Shown here in pieces: positions 14,848 to 23,571 of a DNA stretch of 32,000 nt (positions within the stretch are counted from its first letter, which is position 1; the number at the start of each line of letters is the position of its first letter). The notes below the pieces were generated by a model. It had not been told where the DNA came from. It worked only from the letters and a program-made list of their open reading frames with translations, and did no database searches. Position numbers and translations under genes: made by a program. Origin of the DNA: Candidatus Methylomirabilis oxygeniifera (GTDB lineage Bacteria; Methylomirabilota; Methylomirabilia; Methylomirabilales; Methylomirabilaceae); contig FP565575.1 in NCBI GenBank assembly GCA_000091165.1, positions 2,100,001-2,132,000 on the forward strand, read 5' to 3'.

Positions 14848-17370
14848 ATGAAAGCCGTAATCATGGCCGGCGGATTCGGAACTCGGCTGCGGCCGTTAAC
14901 GGCCAACCTTCCAAAGCCGATGATCCCGATGGCTGCCAAGCCGCTCATGGAGCATACTGTCGCGCTGCTCAAAGATCACGGCTTTGACGACCTGATCACC
15001 CTCCTCTACTTCCAACCGGATACGATCGAGCGTTACTTCGGCGACGGCGCCGAGTTCGGCGTCAAGATGGTCTATGCCACCGCTACCGAGGATTATGGGA
15101 CGGCCGGAGCGGTGAAGAACGCTGAAGCCTTTCTCGACGGGACGTTCCTGGTCACCAGCGGCGATATCCTCACCGATTTCGATCTCTCGGAGGCGGTGAA
15201 GGTCCACAAGAATCGCGGCGCTCTGGCCACGATCGTGCTGACCAGAGTCGAAAATCCACTCCAGTACGGTGTGGTCATCACCGCTTCCGACGGCCGTATC
15301 ACGCACTTTCTCGAAAAGCCGACCTGGGGCGAGGTCCTGAGCGATACCGTCAACACCGGCATCTACATCCTTGAACCCGAGGTGCTTGAACTGATCCCGA
15401 CCGGAGTAGAGTTCGACTTCAGCCGCGATCTATTTCCACGGCTGATGGAGGAGGGCCGCGCCCTGTACGGACATGTGGCAACCGGCTACTGGAAGGATGT
15501 GGGCGACCTGATCGAATATCGCCTTGCGCATCGGGACATCCTGGCCGGTCTGGTGAAGGTCGCGCTTCCCGGAAAGCCGGTGGAGGGACTCGACAAACCG
15601 ATCTGGCTTGGCGAGGGAAGTCGCGTCGATTTCACCGCGTCACTGAAAGACGGCGTCCTAATCGGGAAGCACACACAGGTCGGGGCCAACACCTACATCA
15701 CGCGCAGCGTCATCGGCGACAACTGCGTCATCGAAGAGGGCGCCGTCATCATCGGTTCGATCCTCTGGAATAATGTATTCATCGGCTCTCGTGCTGTCCT
15801 GAAAGAGAACGTGGTCGGCCAGGCAAGTGAGATCAAGGCCAACGCCCGCATCTTCGAGGGCGCGTTAATCAGCGAACAGTGCAAAGTCGGCGAGGGGTCC
15901 GTCGTCAAGGCCGATGTGAAGGTGTGGCCCCACAAGGTAATCGAGGACGGCGCCGTTCTGGCCACCAGTCTGATCTGGGGCCAGAAATGGTCTCGGTCTC
16001 TGTTCGGGGCCTACGGTGTAACCGGGTTGGCAAATCTCGAGATCTCGCCGGAGTTCGGGGCCAAACTCGGGGCCTGCTTTGGGGCAACCCTCCGGATGGG
16101 GTCGATCGTCAGAACCAGTCGCGATAGTCACCAGGCCTCCCATATGGTCAAGCGGGCTGTTATCAGCGGCCTCCTTTCCGCCGGCGTCAGTGTGCGCGAT
16201 TTCCGCGTCGCCCCTATCCCGGTGGTCCGGTACAAGATGAGCGCGCGCGGCGCCGTAGGCGGCGTGCACGTCCGAAAATCGCCCTTCGACCCCGAGTTGA
16301 TCGACATCATCTTCTTTGACGAGCGCGGAATGGATATCCCATCCGGCCGAGAGAAAAGTATCGAACGGCTCTTCTTCCGGGAAGATTTCCGCCGCGCCAA
16401 GGTCGATGAAATCGGCCGCATCTCCCCTCCTCCGTACGGCATGGAATATTATCAGGACGGAGTGCTGAGCTTTATCGATCGGGATGTGCTGCGCCGTCGC
16501 AACTTCAGGATCGTCATCGACTATGCCTACGGCTCGGCGTCGGTCATCCTCCCGCAGATCTTCGGAATGCTGGGGTGCGAGGTGATCGCACTGAACGGCT
16601 GCATGGACGAAAGCAAAATCACCAAAAGCGCAGAAGGATTCCGTCGCTCGCAGCAACAGCTCTCGGAGATCGTCAGAAGCCTTGGAGCAGACCTGGGAAT
16701 CATGCTTGACGCCGGGGGGGAAAAGATCTTCATTGTCGATGACGTCGGTAACCTGCTGAGCGACGACCTGGCTCTGGCGGTCATGGCCCTGCTGGTGATG
16801 CGGACCCATTGTCCGGCAGTGATCGCCATTCCGATCACTGCCGGTACGGCGATAGAAGCGTTGGCTCGCGAATCGGGCTTTAGAGTCCTCAGAACAAGAA
16901 CGGCCCCACGAGCATTGATGGAAGCGGCGACTCAGGAGGACGTTGTTTTCGTGGGCGATGGTCTCGGCGGTTTCATCTTTTCCCAGTTCCAACCGGCCTT
17001 TGACGGGATGCTGGCTATTTTGAAGCTTCTGGAAATGCTCGCAGCCCAGGATCTCCGATTGCATCAGATGATCCTGTCTATTCCTCAGCGTTTCAAATAC
17101 CGCGAGCAGGCGCCATGTTCCTGGGAGCGGAAGGGCGGGACGATGCGGGCGCTCATCGCAGCCACAGCAGATGATCGACCCGATCTGGTGGATGGGGTAC
17201 GGGTCCATCTTGGCGGCGACTGGGTGATCCTCTATCCGGATCACGACCGACCGTACTTCCATATCATTGCCGAAGCCGACACGCTCGCGCGGGCAGAAGC
17301 TCATGTGGCCCGGTATCGAAAAATTCTCGACGATTGCATGAAGGGTAGCCCGGCGGAGGCCGCCCTATGA
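14848..17370 (+). CDS. Fusion protein: sugar-1-phosphate nucleotidyltransferase (with left-handed beta-helix region) plus a PGM/PMM-like C-terminal module with degenerate catalytic motifs
   Basis: The N-terminus reads MKAVIMAGGFGTRLRPLT (GxGTRxxPxT). A hexapeptide-repeat-like middle region follows. The C-terminal half aligns by eye to phosphohexomutases but reads VHVRKSPFDP where TASHNP is expected and LDAGGEK where DGDADR is expected. Confidence 0.85.
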   Translation: MKAVIMAGGFGTRLRPLTANLPKPMIPMAAKPLMEHTVALLKDHGFDDLITLLYFQPDTIERYFGDGAEFGVKMVYATATEDYGTAGAVKNAEAFLDGTFLVTSGDILTDFDLSEAVKVHKNRGALATIVLTRVENPLQYGVVITASDGRITHFLEKPTWGEVLSDTVNTGIYILEPEVLELIPTGVEFDFSRDLFPRLMEEGRALYGHVATGYWKDVGDLIEYRLAHRDILAGLVKVALPGKPVEGLDKPIWLGEGSRVDFTASLKDGVLIGKHTQVGANTYITRSVIGDNCVIEEGAVIIGSILWNNVFIGSRAVLKENVVGQASEIKANARIFEGALISEQCKVGEGSVVKADVKVWPHKVIEDGAVLATSLIWGQKWSRSLFGAYGVTGLANLEISPEFGAKLGACFGATLRMGSIVRTSRDSHQASHMVKRAVISGLLSAGVSVRDFRVAPIPVVRYKMSARGAVGGVHVRKSPFDPELIDIIFFDERGMDIPSGREKSIERLFFREDFRRAKVDEIGRISPPPYGMEYYQDGVLSFIDRDVLRRRNFRIVIDYAYGSASVILPQIFGMLGCEVIALNGCMDESKITKSAEGFRRSQQQLSEIVRSLGADLGIMLDAGGEKIFIVDDVGNLLSDDLALAVMALLVMRTHCPAVIAIPITAGTAIEALARESGFRVLRTRTAPRALMEAATQEDVVFVGDGLGGFIFSQFQPAFDGMLAILKLLEMLAAQDLRLHQMILSIPQRFKYREQAPCSWERKGGTMRALIAATADDRPDLVDGVRVHLGGDWVILYPDHDRPYFHIIAEADTLARAEAHVARYRKILDDCMKGSPAEAAL

Positions 17371-18791
17371 AACAGATCCGGTTCGGCACCTCGGGCTGGC
17401 GCGATGTAATCGCCGATCACTTCACTTTTGCCAATGTTCGTCTTGTGGCGCGGGCCATCGCAGAGCAGTTACTCGCCGAAGGGATCGATCAACCGCAGAT
17501 CGTCGTGGGGTACGATACACGCTTTCTCTCGGAAGCGTTCGCGGCTGAGGCGGCGGCAGTCTTGGGGGCGCACGGTGTCCGGGTCTGGCTCACCGATCGG
17601 GATGCGCCAACGCCGGTTATCGCGTACGAGGTGACCCGCCGCGGCGCAGCCGGCGGTCTGAACATTACGGCCAGCCACAACCCGCCAGAATATAACGGGC
17701 TTAAATTTTCCGGCCCCTCCGGCGGCCCGGTCCTTCCAGTAGTTACCGACAGAATTGAAAGGAGGGTCCAGGAGCTACTGGCACAACCCGAGATCCAGTA
17801 TCCTCCGCTTGAAGAGCTAGCGGCTAAGGGTCTGGTGGTACGGATCGACCCACGGCCGACATACCTGGACCGACTGAGAAAGTTGGTGAATCTACGCACG
17901 ATCGCTGCAGCGCGTCTGAAGGTGGCGGTCGACCTGCTCTATGGGACCGCCGGGGGCTACTTGGACGAAATATTGCGCGAAGCGGGGTGTGACGTACAGA
18001 CCCTGCACGGATCCAGAAATCCCGCATTCGGCGGTATGGCGCCGGATCCCTCGGAAATGAACCTGCGGGAGCTTACGACGGTCGTACGGTCTGACGGATG
18101 TCATCTTGGGTTAGCCACCGACGGCGATGCCGATCGATATGGGATCATCGACCGGGACGGCCGCTTCATCGAGCCGAACTATATCCTGGCCCTTCTCCTA
18201 CGGCATCTGATCAACACTCGCGGCTGGCGTATGGGAGTCGCTCGATCGGTCGCCACCAGCCATCTGGTCGATGCGGTCGCTCGACCGCGTGGGGTCCCGA
18301 TCTATGAAACCAAGGTCGGCTTCAAATACCTTGGCGAGCTTATTGCTCAGGGCAAGGTCGCGCTCTGTGGCGAGGAAAGCGCCGGCCTGTCGATGCTAGG
18401 GCACGTACCCGAAAAGGATGGTATTCTTGCCGCCCTCTTAGTCACGGAAATGATCGCCATGGCCGAGGGGTCCAGCGTCCAAGGTCTGCTCGATACGCTC
18501 TATGCCGAGGTGGGGAGCACGATTTACGCCCGCCGCCTGAACCTTCATCTTACATCAGAGCAGCAAGGACGCCTGGCCGATCGTTTGAAAGAGTTACCGA
18601 CACGGGTGGCCGGACTTACGGTGGTAGAGGTGAATCGCCTGGACGGCACAAAGCTGCTACTTGAGGATGGCAGTTGGTTCCTGGTACGGACTTCCGGAAC
18701 AGAACCGGTCGTGCGTCTCTACCTGGACGCGCATTCCGAGGCACAAATCGAAGAGTTGACGGCAGCGGCGCGGGCGCTTCTCGATGTCTGA
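17367..18791 (+). CDS. Phosphoglucomutase/phosphomannomutase family enzyme
   Basis: 474 aa. Its ATG overlaps the upstream stop (ATGA). It has an intact catalytic loop ITASHNPPEYNGLKF, metal loop ATDGDADRYG and GEESAG sugar loop. Confidence 0.92.
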   Translation: MKQIRFGTSGWRDVIADHFTFANVRLVARAIAEQLLAEGIDQPQIVVGYDTRFLSEAFAAEAAAVLGAHGVRVWLTDRDAPTPVIAYEVTRRGAAGGLNITASHNPPEYNGLKFSGPSGGPVLPVVTDRIERRVQELLAQPEIQYPPLEELAAKGLVVRIDPRPTYLDRLRKLVNLRTIAAARLKVAVDLLYGTAGGYLDEILREAGCDVQTLHGSRNPAFGGMAPDPSEMNLRELTTVVRSDGCHLGLATDGDADRYGIIDRDGRFIEPNYILALLLRHLINTRGWRMGVARSVATSHLVDAVARPRGVPIYETKVGFKYLGELIAQGKVALCGEESAGLSMLGHVPEKDGILAALLVTEMIAMAEGSSVQGLLDTLYAEVGSTIYARRLNLHLTSEQQGRLADRLKELPTRVAGLTVVEVNRLDGTKLLLEDGSWFLVRTSGTEPVVRLYLDAHSEAQIEELTAAARALLDV

Positions 18792-18805
18792 CAATTGGGG
18801 ATGAG

Positions 18806-19177
18806 GTGAGAAAGCAGACGGGACCGGTTCTCACTGGCACACAGGAAGAGATCACGGCGGCGAAGAGTTCCCGTAAACGGTGGCTCGTCTTCCTTGCCGG
18901 ACTGGCGATTCTAATCGCAGTAGCCTCTGTAGTCGGAAAAAAGAGCTTCGTCAAGGTCCTCCAGATGAGCAAAACCCGGACTGAGCTTCAGCAAGAGATC
19001 ACACGGTTGAAGCAGGTCAACGAGGGGCTGACTCGGGAGATCCGGTCCTTCGCCAATAATCCGAGTCAGGTCGAGGCGATTGCTCGCGAGGATCTCGGAC
19101 TGGTAAAACCTGGGGAAATCGTATACCAGTTCGGTCAGCCGAGGCCGTCCACCGCTTTACCCGCCTCCTCCCGTTAA
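18806..19177 (+). CDS. ftsB: Septum formation initiator, FtsB/DivIC family
   Basis: GTG 18806 is the first in-frame start after the PGM stop, within ORF 18674-19177. It has one TM helix (WLVFLAGLAILIAVASVV), a coiled coil (RTELQQEITRLKQVNEGL) and the conserved ...IAREDLGLVKPGEIVY. Confidence 0.75.
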   Translation: MRKQTGPVLTGTQEEITAAKSSRKRWLVFLAGLAILIAVASVVGKKSFVKVLQMSKTRTELQQEITRLKQVNEGLTREIRSFANNPSQVEAIAREDLGLVKPGEIVYQFGQPRPSTALPASSR

Positions 19178-19423
19178 AGGTTCGCATCGGCACCCGCCAT
19201 ACCCTCCACGGTGTTCGGAAGAGCGATTATTTCCGGCAGGACTTTTGCGCTTGACAATGCCCGGTGGTTTCGTGTATTCGTATTGTTAATAGACGGCGTA
19301 TAGCTGAGGTAGCAGTAAGAGGCCTCAGGGGTATAGTGCTCCGGTCGCGATTCGCTTGGCTGCAAGGCGATTTCTCACCAGAGTGGTTAGTCAACAGTTG
19401 TAGTAAAAAGGAGACGACGTCAG

Positions 19424-19552
19424 ATGGCAGGTATGGCGAATGTTGTACTCGGTATTCTTATGACACCGATGGGGGCTCTCGCTGGGCTCGTCGCAGTTGT
19501 CGTGCTTGTTCTTTTCGCTCGATGGGTCTTTACCGACCAGCCGCAGAAATAG
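19424..19552 (+). CDS. 42-aa hydrophobic micro-protein (hypothetical)
   Basis: It is not in the ORF track (under 60 aa). ATG 19424 is preceded by AAAGGAG with 10-nt spacing. The peptide is MAGMANVVLGILMTPMGALAGLVAVVVLVLFARWVFTDQPQK, ending at TAG 19550-19552. Confidence 0.45.
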   Translation: MAGMANVVLGILMTPMGALAGLVAVVVLVLFARWVFTDQPQK

Positions 19553-19694
19553 ATAGCCGCACACAAACCTTCCATTACGTCCTGTATGTACGAGGGAATC
19601 GAAGGCCTACAGGGGTGGGCCTTTGATCTTTCCTGTCTGTCTGCATGCAGTACCTCAGCGTTGAACGTCAGCCTTTTCAGTGAGCCAAAAGCGC

Positions 19695-19723
19695 TTGCCA
19701 TACGCTCACGATCTGGCTATACT
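19695..19723 (+). promoter_or_regulatory. Sigma-70-like promoter for the dxr-rseP-ispG-proS cluster
   Basis: TTGCCA (19695-19700), 17-nt spacer, TATACT (19718-19723). It lies about 250 nt upstream of the dxr start. Confidence 0.55.
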
Positions 19724-19826
19724 ACTGCTATTAATGAACTACCACGCAGCAAGCTGAGGGGTATCAACTTCTGTTCTGGCCCGTCCTTCCGTGCTTGGTG
19801 AGCCTGCCCCGTACTTGATACGGGGG

Positions 19827-19872
19827 AATCCAGCCTGGCCCTCTGGATACCAGCTTTCGCCGGTATGACGCA
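19827..19872 (+). repeat. Double-hairpin dispersed repeat, copy B
   Basis: Sequence is ggaatccag-N9-ctggatacc-agctttcgcc-ggtatgacg. It has the same orientation and architecture as 3744-3786. Substitutions in the second hairpin are largely compensatory (attccc..gggaat type versus atacca..cggtat). Confidence 0.6.
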
Positions 19873-19973
19873 CTCGCGGCAAGCCGCGGGGAATGAACCT
19901 CCAGTGGATTCAAGCGGACAGCGGACTTAGCGTTGATGGTCGGCGCAGTGCAGCAACAAGGAGAGCGGTGGCA

Positions 19974-21128
19974 GTGAAACGCGTAAGTATTCTCGGCTCA
20001 ACGGGGACCATCGGGGTCAAAGCATTAGCAATGATTGATCTGCACCGCGACTCCTTTGAGGTAGTAGCCCTTGCGGCCAGGGAGAATATCGATCTCCTGG
20101 AGCAGCAGATCAGGCGGTTCTCCCCTCGCGTTGTCGCTGTCGGAACGTCCAAGGCCGCCACAGCGCTAAAGGAACGGGTCCAAGACGTCTCTGTTGAGAT
20201 CGGGTGGGGAGACGAGGGCGTGTTGGGTGTTGCCACCGCGTCGGAAGCCGACATCGTCCTTACCGCGATCGTCGGCGCGGCAGGCCTGCTGCCGAGTCTC
20301 GCCGCCATCCAGGCGGGAAAAGATATTGCCCTCGCGACGAAAGAGGTCATGGTCATGGCGGGGGAGCTGGTGATTGCCGAGGCTCAAGCGCGGGGTATTC
20401 GACTACTTCCCGTCGATAGTGAACATTCGGCTATCTTCCAGTGTCTTGGGGGACAACATAGCTGCGCGTATTTAAAGCGAGTGCTCTTGACGTCTTCTGG
20501 GGGACCGTTTCGACAGCGTCCGAAGGAACAGTTTGCTGCCATCACCCCAAAAGAGGCACTGAAGCACCCAACGTGGGTGATGGGCAAGAAGATCACCATC
20601 GATTCGGCCACCCTGATGAATAAAGGGTTGGAAGTCATCGAGGCCAGTTGGTTTTTTTCCCTCACACCGCAACAGATCGACGTCATCATCCACCCGCAGA
20701 GCATCATCCATTCGATGGTGGAGTTCATGGATGGGGCGATCCTGGCTCAGATGGGGGTAACCGACATGGGACTGCCGATCCTGTACGCTCTCTCATACCC
20801 TGACCGTCTTCAGACTCCACTACCGCCCCTCGACCTGAATGCCCTGTCTGCGTTAACCTTCGAACCGGTTGACCACGAAAGGTTCCCGTGCCTCGGGTTT
20901 GCCTATCAGGCGCTTCAGGCCGGCGGAACATATCCGGCCGTTCTCAATGCGGCCAACGAAGTGGCGGTGGACCTGTTCCTCTCCGAACGGATTAGCTTCC
21001 CTGATATTGCCGCCCTCATCGCGAAGGCAATGGATCGTCACAAAGGTCGTAAGATCGATTCTATTGAAGTTGCCCTGGATGCTGATCGTGAAGCCAGGGA
21101 GCTGGTTTTGGCAGCACTGCATACGTAA
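19974..21128 (+). CDS. dxr: 1-deoxy-D-xylulose 5-phosphate reductoisomerase
   Basis: The start was moved to GTG 19974 (AAGGAG at 19958-19963; an alternative GTG is at 19968) within ORF 19893-21128. The N-terminus reads (M)KRVSILGSTGTIG (NADPH site). Also seen: ...LPVDSEHSAIFQCL... and ...HPTWVMGKKITIDSATLMNKGLE... Confidence 0.93.
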   Translation: MKRVSILGSTGTIGVKALAMIDLHRDSFEVVALAARENIDLLEQQIRRFSPRVVAVGTSKAATALKERVQDVSVEIGWGDEGVLGVATASEADIVLTAIVGAAGLLPSLAAIQAGKDIALATKEVMVMAGELVIAEAQARGIRLLPVDSEHSAIFQCLGGQHSCAYLKRVLLTSSGGPFRQRPKEQFAAITPKEALKHPTWVMGKKITIDSATLMNKGLEVIEASWFFSLTPQQIDVIIHPQSIIHSMVEFMDGAILAQMGVTDMGLPILYALSYPDRLQTPLPPLDLNALSALTFEPVDHERFPCLGFAYQALQAGGTYPAVLNAANEVAVDLFLSERISFPDIAALIAKAMDRHKGRKIDSIEVALDADREARELVLAALHT

Positions 21129-21143
21129 GGTAAGGAAAAGGGC

Positions 21144-22286
21144 TTGTACGCCGGCATGATAGCCTTAGTATCCGCGGTTGCTTTCAGCCTCTTTGATGTC
21201 GTCGATCCTCGACCGCTCCTCTCTCGTCTTGACTATCTCCTCTGGGCGATCCTCGTCCTGGGCGGACTCATCTTCGTTCACGAGCTCGGCCACTTCCTGG
21301 TCGCCAAGCGGGCGGGGGTCAGGGTCCTGAAGTTTTCCCTCGGTTTCGGTCCGAAGATCATCGGGTTTACGCGCGGCGGGACCGAATATCTCCTGTCCGC
21401 TATTCCGTTGGGCGGGTATGTCAAGATGCTCGGAGAGGATCCGCAGGAAGAGGTCGCCGACCCGGAGGGATCGTTTTCCGCAAAGCCTGTCGGGTGGCGA
21501 TCGCTGATCATCCTGGCCGGCCCAGGATCCAATTTTCTCCTTGCGATCACCATCTTTTGGATAGTGTTCACGCTTGGCGTTCCGACTCTCGCCACCAAGG
21601 TGGGGGAAGTCATGCAGGACTTTCCGGCACACGATGCCGGCGTGAAGACCGGCGATCGAATTACGGCAATCGACGGGTACGCCATTGAGAAGTGGGAAGA
21701 ACTGGCATCCCAGATTCATAAAAGTCCGGGGCGGCCTATTCGCCTGACAGTTGAAAGAGCGGGAAGTCGGTTTGATCTGGTGGTCGCTCCAAAGGCCACT
21801 CGTCAGAAGAACCTCTTTGGAGAGGAGCAGGAGGTCGGTCTGCTCGGGATCGCGCCGGCGGAGGAGTTCCTGACCGAGCGGACCAATCCGGTCACCGCAT
21901 TAGGAAAAGCACTCTACAAGACATACGATCTCAGTCGACTGATTTTACTGACCTTTGTCAAACTGATCCAAGGTGTCGTCCCGGCTAAGACCATTGGCGG
22001 ACCGCTCCTGGTTGCACAGATGGCCGGCCAGCAGGCGCGCCAAGGTGTCTTGAATCTCATGTTCTTTACCGCGCTGCTGTCCATCAACTTGGGGATCCTG
22101 AATCTGCTTCCGATCCCCATTCTGGACGGTGGACACCTGTTCTTCGCCCTGATTGAAGCCGTTCGCGGCAAACCGGTCAGCCTTCAGAAGCGAGAGATGG
22201 CTCAGCAGGTTGGACTGGCCCTGTTGGTCGCCCTCATGATTTTTGCCTTCTACAACGATATCTTCCGCCTGTTGGGAAGACAGTAG
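21144..22286 (+). CDS. rseP: RIP metalloprotease RseP (site-2 protease, M50 family) with PDZ domain
   Basis: It has an HELGHFLVAKRAG zinc motif, a PDZ-like segment (AHDAGVKTGDRITAIDG) and a C-terminal NLLPIPILDGGH motif. The start may be TTG 21144 (TAAGGA 7 nt upstream) or ATG 21156. Confidence 0.9.
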   Translation: MYAGMIALVSAVAFSLFDVVDPRPLLSRLDYLLWAILVLGGLIFVHELGHFLVAKRAGVRVLKFSLGFGPKIIGFTRGGTEYLLSAIPLGGYVKMLGEDPQEEVADPEGSFSAKPVGWRSLIILAGPGSNFLLAITIFWIVFTLGVPTLATKVGEVMQDFPAHDAGVKTGDRITAIDGYAIEKWEELASQIHKSPGRPIRLTVERAGSRFDLVVAPKATRQKNLFGEEQEVGLLGIAPAEEFLTERTNPVTALGKALYKTYDLSRLILLTFVKLIQGVVPAKTIGGPLLVAQMAGQQARQGVLNLMFFTALLSINLGILNLLPIPILDGGHLFFALIEAVRGKPVSLQKREMAQQVGLALLVALMIFAFYNDIFRLLGRQ

Positions 22287-22296
22287 GAAGGCAGCC

Positions 22297-22324
22297 TTCA
22301 GCTTTCAGCTGATAGCTGACCGCT
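22297..22324. repeat. Tandem heptamer block (CAGC-core family)
   Basis: ttcagct ttcagct gatagct gaccgct, in the 51-nt rseP-ispG spacer. Confidence 0.6.
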
Positions 22325-22337
22325 AGTCTAAGAAACT

Positions 22338-23414
22338 ATGATCGAACGACGCAAGACACGACAGATTCAGGTGGGAGCAGTCAAAATAGGCGGTGAGACG
22401 CCGGTGTCGGTCCAGTCGATGACAAAAACCGATACGCGGGACGTCCGGGCTACAGTGGATCAGATCTGGGCATTGGAGGTAGCCGGATGTGACATTGTGC
22501 GGATCGGCGTCCCCGAGAAAGAAGCGGCAGAAAAACTGTGGGAAATCCGTAAGCAGATCCGGATCCCGTTGATCGCCGACATTCACTTCGATTACAGGCT
22601 CGCTCTGATCGCTCTCGAACAAGGCGTGGACGGCCTCCGCCTGAACCCCGGCAACATTGGAGACCGTTCTCGCGTGGAGGAGATCGTCAAGGCGGCCACC
22701 GAGCGAAAAATTCCGATTCGCATCGGCGTCAATGCCGGATCTCTGGAGAAGGATTTGCTGGCCAGAGATGGCGGGCCGACTCCAAAGGGAATGGTGGAAA
22801 GCGCCCTGCGCCACATTCGTATCCTCGAAGATCTTAACTATCCTGAGATGAAGGTCTCGTTGAAGGCCTCTGATCCCCTGATGATGATCGAGGCATATCG
22901 CCTCCTGGCGGAAAAGATCGAGTATCCCCTCCACCTTGGCGTGACGGAGGCCGGGACGCCTGGGGTGGGAACGATCAGGTCGGCCGTTGGCATCGGGACA
23001 CTGCTGGCCGAGGGGATCGGCGATACCATCCGAGTGTCGCTCTCGGCCGATCCCGTCGAAGAGATCAAGGCTGGGGTTGAAATCTTGAAGTCGCTCGGGC
23101 TTCGGAGAGGTGGGCTCACGTTGGTTGCCTGTCCGTCTTGCGCAAGAGCCGATATCGATCTGGTTCCCCTCGCCCAGGAGGTGGAGCGTCGACTGGCGGG
23201 GATCACGAAGGAGATTCACGTCGCCGTGATGGGGTGTGAGGTAAACGGACCGGGGGAGGCCAGAGGAGCCGACATCGGAGTGGCCGGCGGCAAGGGGATC
23301 GGCTGGATCTTCAGGAAGGGAGAGGCGGCTCGGAAAGTGAAGGAGTCCGAGATCGTCGACGCCCTGGTCGAGGAGGTCAACAGGATGGTGGCAGGAAACG
23401 ACGGTCACACGTAA
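22338..23414 (+). CDS. ispG: 4-hydroxy-3-methylbut-2-en-1-yl diphosphate synthase (IspG/GcpE)
   Basis: 358 aa. The product reads ...RRKTRQIQVGAVKIGGETPVSVQSMTKTDT..., and has the Fe-S cysteines ACPSCAR and GCEVNGPGEA. Confidence 0.93.
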   Translation: MIERRKTRQIQVGAVKIGGETPVSVQSMTKTDTRDVRATVDQIWALEVAGCDIVRIGVPEKEAAEKLWEIRKQIRIPLIADIHFDYRLALIALEQGVDGLRLNPGNIGDRSRVEEIVKAATERKIPIRIGVNAGSLEKDLLARDGGPTPKGMVESALRHIRILEDLNYPEMKVSLKASDPLMMIEAYRLLAEKIEYPLHLGVTEAGTPGVGTIRSAVGIGTLLAEGIGDTIRVSLSADPVEEIKAGVEILKSLGLRRGGLTLVACPSCARADIDLVPLAQEVERRLAGITKEIHVAVMGCEVNGPGEARGADIGVAGGKGIGWIFRKGEAARKVKESEIVDALVEEVNRMVAGNDGHT

Positions 23415-23423
23415 ACCCAAAGC

Positions 23424-23451
23424 GTTCAGCTATCAGCCATCAGCTTTCAGC
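23424..23451. repeat. Tandem heptamer block (CAGC-core family)
   Basis: gttcagc tatcagc catcagc tttcagc, directly after ispG. It is inverted relative to the block at 23521-23548. Confidence 0.6.
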
Positions 23452-23520
23452 GCACACCAAGGGCGGCGAGCGAAGCCCGTTATCGGCGGAAAGAGCTTGT
23501 ACACCACTTGGTGTTTTTCT

Positions 23521-23548
23521 TCGCTGATTGCTGAACGCTGACAGCTAT
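23521..23548. repeat. Tandem heptamer block, inverted orientation
   Basis: tcgctga ttgctga acgctga cagctat, lying 24 nt upstream of the proS ATG. gctgaacgc is the reverse complement of gcgttcagc at 23422-23430. Confidence 0.6.
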
Positions 23549-23571
23549 CTGCTTCCTTTAATTGGAATGCC

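Noticed and set aside
15865-17304. 479-aa ORF on the minus strand
   Set aside because: It is antisense to the nucleotidyltransferase/PGM-like fusion. It has no motifs and shows the composition bias of an antisense frame.
22323-23420. 365-aa ORF on the minus strand
   Set aside because: It is exactly antisense to ispG, whose product has clear family motifs. The antisense translation is low-complexity and Arg/His/Pro/Leu-rich, typical of a shadow ORF in GC-rich coding DNA.
12157-23548. Could the short tandem repeats be a CRISPR array?
   Set aside because: The units are only 7 nt, directly tandem without spacers, and scattered in several intergenic regions. No cas genes are present.
23415-23571. 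T-box riboswitch upstream of proS
   Set aside because: The spacer is only about 155 nt, and no T-box consensus or specifier-loop architecture is recognisable.
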